Sequence record: LC819008.1
DNA: 64,000 nt
Direction: 5' to 3' (one strand)
Within the stretch, counting starts at the first letter, position 1, and each line of letters opens with the position of its first letter. The translations under genes were made by a program, and so were the position numbers. Of this stretch, positions 57,773-64,000 are shown one piece after another. Under the pieces are notes generated by a model. The model worked only from the letters and a program-made list of their open reading frames with translations, was not told the origin of the DNA and ran no database searches.

Positions 57773-59403
57773 TAGTGCAGTGTCCTCGTATTAAACATTT
57801 TGTGCATCCGCGCCAGCTTAGCTGGGTCGGGTCTGCGAGCTTGTTCGCTGTAGTTGTACAGGTGATTCACCACCGACGACACGATCGGTTTGGGCAACGG
57901 CATGTTGTCGCCGATCTTGCGCGGGCCGGACAGTTTCCACGCACCGAAGTGCGGCGCCAGATAACGGAGTTCATCCGTCGTCCAGTTGTCCATGGTCAGG
58001 AAGCCGAACATCTGATCGCCATCGAAGTCAGCATTCGGGCCAGCCACCGAAATGATCGGATAGCTGATCGACATGATCTTCGGATTGGTCTTGATCTTGG
58101 TCACGAACATCCGCTGGATCGAAGTACGATACATGGACGGATTGCGACCGAAGATAACCGGAATACCACGGCGAACTTTGATCTCGCGAAGCTCGATCTC
58201 TCCATTCTCCAGATACTTCGGTTTCATCTGACCATCGACAATCGAAGCTTCGATTGTCGGCGACAGTTCGTACGGCGACTCATCCAGAAGCTCGTCGAAG
58301 AGTTCTTCGAGCAGCGGATGATGGACGTGCGTATGCGCATTCAGAAAGTACGATGCGTCGTTGTGGCCAAAACCACGACGGAACAACTTACCCATCAAGT
58401 GCAGACGGAACGTCGTTACTGCCAGAGCCCACGGCAGGTGAATCTCGTCATGGTGATGCGGCTCCGTGAGCGAATTGATAACCGCACGGAAGCTGAACCA
58501 ACAGCGAGTTGCGTAAACGTGTTTCCGTACCAGGCCAGGTTTGCCGGCGATGAAGTTCTTTTCGTAATCACGCCCGAACTCGGACAATGCTTCCGAAAAC
58601 TTGGACGCACGGTTTTCCTTTTGGGCAACCGTATAGTCCTTGATATCGCTGTCGATACCGGAGATGTTCCGGACGGCATCGATAATCGTCTTCAACGTCG
58701 TATCCATGTAAGTACCGAACTTGGTGTTCTCGATCACCAGGATGGTCTTGTTGTGCACAGGTACGTGTTGCGAGAAGATGCGATCGCGATACATTGCGAT
58801 AAAGATCTGCATCTCCCTGAGTTTCTCCTTCTTGTCTCTCGTGGAACTGAATTGTGGAAATTCACAAAGCTGACCGATGATCCAGTCAAAGTTGTGATAG
58901 AAGAAGTTCAGCCCGCGCTCGATGCGGCGGTTTTCCAGTTCGTCCATCCACCGACCATGATGCTGGCGATTCGGACGATAGTCCGTATTCGTCAGATACT
59001 TGATGATGTTGAATTTCTGGTTGCTGTTGTTCGAGAGACTGAAGAAGTCCGACAGCAGACGCCAAGCCTGAGGATTGATCAGTGCATCGACGCCTTTAGG
59101 CGCTTCAACCCAGATGATGGGCTCAAGCGGTTTATCCAACACAGCCTGAACCGGCTGCTTACATTTTCGACAGACGGTCCCCTTACCGTTTCTGTCTACG
59201 TGATGCTGACCGAACGTATGCCCACACGAACATTTCGGAATCGTGTCAAGCAGATCGGTATCGTTGTACGTCACGAAGAAGTTTTCGTCGAAGGCCGACT
59301 TCTCCGTTTCCAGCGTGTCCAGTACCTTATTGACGATGATGGGGTCTGATGTTATCTGCGAGAATAACTCGTCATAGTTTTGCATTTCCAAATGTGTGCC
59401 CAT
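57772..59403 (-). CDS. Non-virion RNA polymerase beta' subunit, N-terminal/catalytic part (phiKZ gp55-56-like)
   Basis: CSCG and CRKC Zn finger, GKPGLVRKHV, GRNPS, catalytic NADFDGD; GGAGG RBS before 59403. Confidence 0.92.
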   Translation of the reverse strand: MGTHLEMQNYDELFSQITSDPIIVNKVLDTLETEKSAFDENFFVTYNDTDLLDTIPKCSCGHTFGQHHVDRNGKGTVCRKCKQPVQAVLDKPLEPIIWVEAPKGVDALINPQAWRLLSDFFSLSNNSNQKFNIIKYLTNTDYRPNRQHHGRWMDELENRRIERGLNFFYHNFDWIIGQLCEFPQFSSTRDKKEKLREMQIFIAMYRDRIFSQHVPVHNKTILVIENTKFGTYMDTTLKTIIDAVRNISGIDSDIKDYTVAQKENRASKFSEALSEFGRDYEKNFIAGKPGLVRKHVYATRCWFSFRAVINSLTEPHHHDEIHLPWALAVTTFRLHLMGKLFRRGFGHNDASYFLNAHTHVHHPLLEELFDELLDESPYELSPTIEASIVDGQMKPKYLENGEIELREIKVRRGIPVIFGRNPSMYRTSIQRMFVTKIKTNPKIMSISYPIISVAGPNADFDGDQMFGFLTMDNWTTDELRYLAPHFGAWKLSGPRKIGDNMPLPKPIVSSVVNHLYNYSEQARRPDPAKLARMHKMFNTRTLH

Positions 59404-59456
59404 CCAACCTCCTTCAAAGCACGATTGTAAAAGATTTCTACTGCAGTATCCAATAG

Positions 59457-59465
59457 ATGATATAT
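59457..59465 (-). promoter_or_regulatory. Putative early promoter motif ATATATCAT
   Basis: About 55 nt upstream of the beta' start. Confidence 0.55.
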
Positions 59466-59564
59466 CGGTATACTTTTTTACATATAGAGACATCTATATA
59501 AAAAAACATACGGATAGATCAAAAGAAAAATCCGCAAGACTCGCTGGATTTTCCTCGACTGTCC

Positions 59565-59837
59565 TTAGTGGACAGTTGCCAATTGGAGTGGTTCCGATTG
59601 GTTGACGGTACGGTAGAGTGCTGCTTGTGTTGCATTGAGGTCATTCAGTTTCCGACGTCCGTAATCGTTTTCGATCATGAACATCGCTGTTGCAATTTCC
59701 ACAACCGGTATTTCAGGAAAAGCTTGCATGACTGCGAGAGTTGCTTCTCGAATCGTTTTACCTGCATCACGCTCTTTGTAATAAGCTTCGCGAATGTTAC
59801 CGAAACTCAGGAGAGCGGAACTTCTTATTGTGTTCAT
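59565..59837 (-). CDS. Small hypothetical protein, 90 aa, between chimallin and RNAP beta'
   Basis: ORF track; GAGAACTGAG upstream of ATG 59837. Confidence 0.5.
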   Translation of the reverse strand: MNTIRSSALLSFGNIREAYYKERDAGKTIREATLAVMQAFPEIPVVEIATAMFMIENDYGRRKLNDLNATQAALYRTVNQSEPLQLATVH

Positions 59838-59867
59838 CTCAGTTCTCAAGTTGACGGCAAAAAAGAA

Positions 59868-59899
59868 AATAGAGAGAGTCCCGAAGGACTCTCTCTATT
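59868..59899. terminator. Chimallin gene terminator, 14-bp stem, UUCG loop, U tract on minus strand
   Basis: aatagagagagtcc-cgaa-ggactctctctatt. Confidence 0.8.
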
Positions 59900-59930
59900 C
59901 AGTGGGTTACTACTGGCTTACGCCGGCAGC

Positions 59931-61877
59931 TTACCAGCGGTTGTCGTTGCGATCGGCGCGATCGTAGTAACGATCGTCGTAACGGTCACGCGACTGACGC
60001 TGATTGCGATACAGACCACCGCTACCCGGACGGGCCAGGATCGTATCGATGTTGCCATACGTGGTGCGATAGCGATCGCTGCCATCGCGGCTGCTCGACG
60101 TCGGGTTGAGCGACAGCTTGCAGCGGCTGATTGCTTCGATCAGCGCTTCGTCGAAACGGGTATCCCAGTTGTAACGCTGGAAGAAGCCCGTGATGACGGC
60201 GGTCGGCACGAAGTCACGGATGATTTCGTAGCGTTCCGATTGCGACAGCGTGTTGTCGTCGTTCGAAGCTGCGGCCATGCCCCATTTCTGGATCAGGAGC
60301 AGGTCGTCTTCCTTTTCCGGACGCAGCATGTTCAGCAGCGCCAGATAGTCGAAGTCGCGCAGGTCGAGACGCATGCCGCGATCGCCTTCCGTGTAGTAAC
60401 CGCCATGGATCCGCTCGACGTGGCTGTCGAGGATCGGTTCCGTACGGTCGTACAGGTCTTCGAAGTGACCGTCGGTCAGCACGCAGCACGCGTCGTAGAT
60501 GCGATCCATTGCCTTCTGGCTGCCTTGCGCAGCTGCCATCAGGTCGACATGTTGCCAGGTCGAGGAGCCGCATTCCGGCACGTCGATCGAGTGGATCACG
60601 CCGGGACGCACGGTCGTACGCAGCAGAGCCTGACGCTTCGCAGCGGTGAAGCTCGCGTTCTTCGTTTCCCAGCGCTCGCCGAAGCCGCGTTCCAGATCCT
60701 GGAGGTTGGGTTCGATGGCCAGCGCGCCGATGTTGCGCATGTCGTCTTCACCGACCGAGAGGTTCGGTTCGAAGGCACGCATGATCTCGGCCGATTCACC
60801 AACCGCATGAGCCGTCGCGTGAGCGAGCATCATGGTCGTCGGCGAGAAGTCGACGGTGTCGGTGAACGTGTTGATGAAGCGCAGTGCGTACAGCTGGCAT
60901 TCTTCGCTGCGACGATCGCCACGACGAGCGTACAGATCGTTGCGGCTCGACGCGCCGTCGGCCGGAGCGTAGACGAAGTCGAAGTAGCCGCCGACACGCG
61001 AGATGCGAGTGCCGGTAACCAGCTGGTCGATCGGGTCGCGGCTGTTACGGCCACGGTTTTCGCGCGAGACGAGATCGATGATCATGTCAGCACGGACCGG
61101 CAGATGGCCACGATCGTAGATGTGGTTCTGGCGGTGCTGGATGTGCACGCTGTTGAAGCTGTCGTCGTCGGACTTCAGGCACAGCTGAGGCGCGTCCGGA
61201 TCGTTGCGATCGATGGCCGTCTTGATGGCAGCGAACGAGTTCTTCACGCAATCGGCGATTGCCTGCGGATCGTCCTTGGCGGTCGGGAAACCACCGTAGA
61301 TGACTTCGGCATCTGCCGTGTACAGGTTTTCGTTCGGATACGCGTTGCCCAGAACTTCCTTCACGACGTCGCGAACCTTCGAGTCGTAGCCGTCGCCCGG
61401 CACTTGCACGACCGTCACGCGATTGCCGCGATAGCTTTCTTCACGCGGACGCAGCTCTTCGGCCGAGCCGGCGAGCAGGAACGTGTGATAGCCGACGCCC
61501 AGCTTTTCCTTGCCACGCTTCTTGCCTGCGATGACGATGCAGGAGAACGGAATGCCGGCGACCGATGCGTCGATCGGGAACACCTGGCAGTCCAGCATGT
61601 TGTTGTCGGTCTTGGCCGGCATGGCTTCCACGAAGTCACGACGGAACACTTCGAGCGCTTCCGCCGTGCCCGTCATTGCGATCGGGGTCGGGTTCATGCG
61701 GCCGATGTTGCTCAACGATGCCGTACGGATAGTGCCGCTGGAGCGGCTTTCGTCACGGCGCGACGAGCGTTCTTCTTGTGCACGATCTTCTTGTTCGCGG
61801 CGGCTGCCACCTTGCTCTTGCGCACGGCGCATTGCGTCACGGACTTGCGATTGCTGATCTTTGCCTTCGATGCTCAT
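59931..61877 (-). CDS. chmA: Chimallin (phage nucleus shell protein)
   Basis: 648 aa; upstream of nvRNAP beta' N-terminal gene as in phiKZ gp54/gp55; exact TATATTAC promoter; strong codon bias; AGGA RBS before 61877. Confidence 0.8.
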   Translation of the reverse strand: MSIEGKDQQSQVRDAMRRAQEQGGSRREQEDRAQEERSSRRDESRSSGTIRTASLSNIGRMNPTPIAMTGTAEALEVFRRDFVEAMPAKTDNNMLDCQVFPIDASVAGIPFSCIVIAGKKRGKEKLGVGYHTFLLAGSAEELRPREESYRGNRVTVVQVPGDGYDSKVRDVVKEVLGNAYPNENLYTADAEVIYGGFPTAKDDPQAIADCVKNSFAAIKTAIDRNDPDAPQLCLKSDDDSFNSVHIQHRQNHIYDRGHLPVRADMIIDLVSRENRGRNSRDPIDQLVTGTRISRVGGYFDFVYAPADGASSRNDLYARRGDRRSEECQLYALRFINTFTDTVDFSPTTMMLAHATAHAVGESAEIMRAFEPNLSVGEDDMRNIGALAIEPNLQDLERGFGERWETKNASFTAAKRQALLRTTVRPGVIHSIDVPECGSSTWQHVDLMAAAQGSQKAMDRIYDACCVLTDGHFEDLYDRTEPILDSHVERIHGGYYTEGDRGMRLDLRDFDYLALLNMLRPEKEDDLLLIQKWGMAAASNDDNTLSQSERYEIIRDFVPTAVITGFFQRYNWDTRFDEALIEAISRCKLSLNPTSSSRDGSDRYRTTYGNIDTILARPGSGGLYRNQRQSRDRYDDRYYDRADRNDNRW

Positions 61878-61980
61878 TTTAGTGCTTTCCTGTTTTGGAA
61901 GAAATGAAAAGTAGATACGCGTACCAGAATTAGTCACGTACGATAAAGAATTGATCGCATTACTAACGCAGATCAACTTT

Positions 61981-61989
61981 GTAATATAT
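61981..61989 (-). promoter_or_regulatory. Early promoter ATATATTAC upstream of chmA
   Basis: Contains an exact match to the phiKZ early consensus TATATTAC. Confidence 0.7.
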
Positions 61990-62178
61990 CAATGAAATTT
62001 ATTTAAATCGCACGATATACCACAGCACGCGAACATAGGTGCTACAACATGCAGACGTTGTCATCTGCACAGTATAGGGGTAAAACAATAACTTTTTATT
62101 TCCCAGTACTTTGTCCCTGTCGCATGTTCATGCTATGACTACGATTGCTAGAAAATTACCTAATACGGATGTGTTCGC

Positions 62179-63258
62179 ATGCTCAGCATCTTCAACGACC
62201 TTCAACCCAGGATGAAAGGTATCATCAGCTTTCCTGAATGGACATTCATTCGGGACGGTCTGATGATGAACCTGGACCACACCAACAAGTATTACCGCAG
62301 TGGTGCTTATGCGGTAGGTTCCGATCACGAACTGGTCAAGTTGTTGTTCGGTTTGACAACCAGTACGGATGAAGAACTCGCCACCTATTACAAACGCGTT
62401 GATGCAAAAGCATTGACGGTTGCTCAGCAATTGGGATTCACGACTTCTATCAGTAAGGGACACATGTTCAACAATGTGTTCTTCTCAGGTAAGAGTCGAG
62501 AAGTCATCATCGTTCATAACGAAGACTTCGACCCCCAGCAAGTTACGGAGAACTGGCGTGATGCTCGTCCGATTCAAATCCTGCGTCATGGCTTTGACTT
62601 CATCGATTGTTTTCCTATGCAAGGGCAGCTGGAAAGCTCTGGAGTCAGCTGCTTCGCCATCAATCTGTCCATGCTCGGCGTGCAGTATCGAGCGTATCGC
62701 CAATGGCAAAAAAGCTACGTAACAGAAGAGACAGGTCGTAATTCGGTCTATCACTTCCTGTTTGCGTATCCGTTGAACAACATGATTTATGACGCAATGG
62801 ATCATGCGGTGTTTAACCGTTTGGTGCGTCTGAATCAAGATCTACCTACAAGCGACAATCAGTATCGTCATCCGTTTCATGTGACGAACTTCGTGGGTCG
62901 TGTGGATCGAATCCTGGGGAAAGTTCTCGATACACTTCGAAACAATCCTCTTGACTTTTACAACATCTGCGCCACGATCCCTCTGATCAATCAGGGCAGT
63001 TTGCTGGATCTCCTGAAGCTTCCGGACATCTACGAATCGCGGCAAATCAACTGGGCTATTTACATGGCTCGGATCGATATGCTGTTGTTCCTCCTGAGTT
63101 TCGATAACAATCTGAAGATGATGAATCAAAGCGAACTGAGTAAGATCAAGTACGCACTGAAGCTGTATCTGAAGGATGGTACGATTCAGTCTGCAGTACC
63201 GCGCGATCTGTTCGGCAAACAAAAGATCGTCATCGAACGACTGGTTGAAAAGATGTGA
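62179..63258 (+). CDS. Conserved protein divergent from chimallin (phiKZ gp52/53 position, possibly virion)
   Basis: 359 aa; synteny. Confidence 0.6.
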   Translation: MLSIFNDLQPRMKGIISFPEWTFIRDGLMMNLDHTNKYYRSGAYAVGSDHELVKLLFGLTTSTDEELATYYKRVDAKALTVAQQLGFTTSISKGHMFNNVFFSGKSREVIIVHNEDFDPQQVTENWRDARPIQILRHGFDFIDCFPMQGQLESSGVSCFAINLSMLGVQYRAYRQWQKSYVTEETGRNSVYHFLFAYPLNNMIYDAMDHAVFNRLVRLNQDLPTSDNQYRHPFHVTNFVGRVDRILGKVLDTLRNNPLDFYNICATIPLINQGSLLDLLKLPDIYESRQINWAIYMARIDMLLFLLSFDNNLKMMNQSELSKIKYALKLYLKDGTIQSAVPRDLFGKQKIVIERLVEKM

Positions 63259-63259
63259 A

Positions 63260-63295
63260 CATATACCACTCTGGCTTACGCCAGAGTGGTATATG
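63260..63295. terminator. Bidirectional hairpin terminator, 16-bp stem, GUAA loop on minus strand
   Basis: catataccactctggc-ttac-gccagagtggtatatg between convergent genes. Confidence 0.8.
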
Positions 63296-63298
63296 GGC

Positions 63299-64000
63299 TT
63301 ATGGGTCTGGTGTGAAATTCGACGTGTATTTCGCGTAACTGTACATCTTGAAGTTATCAAGGTTTCCAATCCACGGGAACTCGGTCGTCGCGCCATTGGC
63401 TGTTTCAGAAATACAACCGATGGTCAGTATCTTCGTATTCAGTGAAAAAGCGGAAGCATTGAAAGTTGTACTTCCGTTCGCAACACCATTCTGATAGATG
63501 GTGAAGACATTACCCTGCTTAACGAACGCAGCATGGTATTTGGTATTCAGGTTGAAACTGTTCGTGGCACCAACGATGGTCAAATGGTTATCGTTTTGTC
63601 CGACGCTATAAAACAGCCCAAGCTTCTGGGAACGTCCAGTTGCATAAAGGGCATAGCCGTTATCGTTGTGATTTCCAAACGTGAAGAAGACAGCTTGACC
63701 AAAGTTGCCTTGCTTCAGATTGTAAAAATAGAATTCGAATGTGAAATCACTGACGAACGGATTAAAATTCCAAGGCGTCGTATCTGTTCGAAGATACGTT
63801 GTCGCCGGAGTAACGTTTGTCGATGCAAACAATGCATTCTGGGATCCAGACAATGCAGGCGTGCTCGCGAGTGTTACTCCTGTGTTTGTGATCGGCCACG
63901 CGTTCGGGCTCTTGTCTGTGAAGTCGCCTTCAAAATCAAGATTCAAGAGCGCTGGCGGTGTAGCTATTTTCTTTTTATAAAGGAGATTGGCACCTAGCAT
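63299..64000 (-). CDS. LamG/concanavalin A-like lectin domain protein, probably virion/tail associated
   Basis: DFTFEFYFY, KYHAAFVKQGNVFTIYQNG, WIGNLDNFKM; N-terminal MLGANLLYKKK; ATG at the window edge. Confidence 0.72.
   Translation of the reverse strand: MLGANLLYKKKIATPPALLNLDFEGDFTDKSPNAWPITNTGVTLASTPALSGSQNALFASTNVTPATTYLRTDTTPWNFNPFVSDFTFEFYFYNLKQGNFGQAVFFTFGNHNDNGYALYATGRSQKLGLFYSVGQNDNHLTIVGATNSFNLNTKYHAAFVKQGNVFTIYQNGVANGSTTFNASAFSLNTKILTIGCISETANGATTEFPWIGNLDNFKMYSYAKYTSNFTPDP

Noticed and set aside
59404-59493. N-terminal extensions given by the ORF track (also for genes ending at 6327, 12179, 23465, 25944, 41892, 42852, 54223, 57113 and 61976, and the plus-strand starts 20046 and 30938)
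   Set aside because: Downstream ATGs have clear SD sequences in most cases, and several extensions run through promoter or terminator elements
61990-62178. tRNA or ncRNA in the chimallin-divergent intergenic region
   Set aside because: Only short hairpins; no cloverleaf, TTC T-loop or CCA end; explained as a divergent promoter region
1-64000. Mobile elements, integrase, reverse transcriptase/retron or CRISPR-Cas
   Set aside because: No transposase, recombinase, YADD-type RT or cas motifs were found in any ORF

Overview
The window is a segment of a phiKZ-like (Chimalliviridae-type), nucleus-forming jumbo phage genome, mostly encoded on the minus strand. From left to right it holds: (1) a late virion block at 0.8-20 kb, with neck/tail/baseplate candidates, paralogous inner-head proteins carrying S/A-x-E protease sites, and an HExxH virion protein; (2) the exonuclease plus motif-A half of a split family B DNA polymerase, fused in frame to an N-terminal DUF4326-like domain; (3) two SPRY-domain paralogues and a dTMP kinase; (4) a virion RNAP beta' fragment; (5) an accessory island at 32-40 kb with an acyl-carrier-protein-like gene, a 416-aa acidic low-complexity protein, a DUF3307-like membrane protein and two structured non-coding stretches; (6) the conserved early core block at 40-62 kb, with an SF2 helicase, non-virion RNAP beta/beta' subunits (intact NADFDGD), gp68/gp69(PicA)/gp70-position genes, an SSB-like protein, an SbcD-like nuclease and chimallin; (7) a LamG-domain gene at the right edge. 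An ATATAT[ACT]A[CT] early-promoter motif recurs seven times, and about 15 tetraloop hairpin terminators are visible. The best novelty candidates are a ~450-nt minus-strand structured RNA at 33.9-34.4 kb, a second structured element with an anti-SD-like loop at 36.6-36.8 kb that shares a UGUGGUGA motif with it, the phage ACP-like protein, a shared N-terminal ML-x3-LL-x-KKK tag on the SPRY/LamG proteins, and the DUF4326-polymerase fusion. phiKZ gp numbers are assigned from recalled gene order and protein size, not from alignments. No database searches or folding programs were run.
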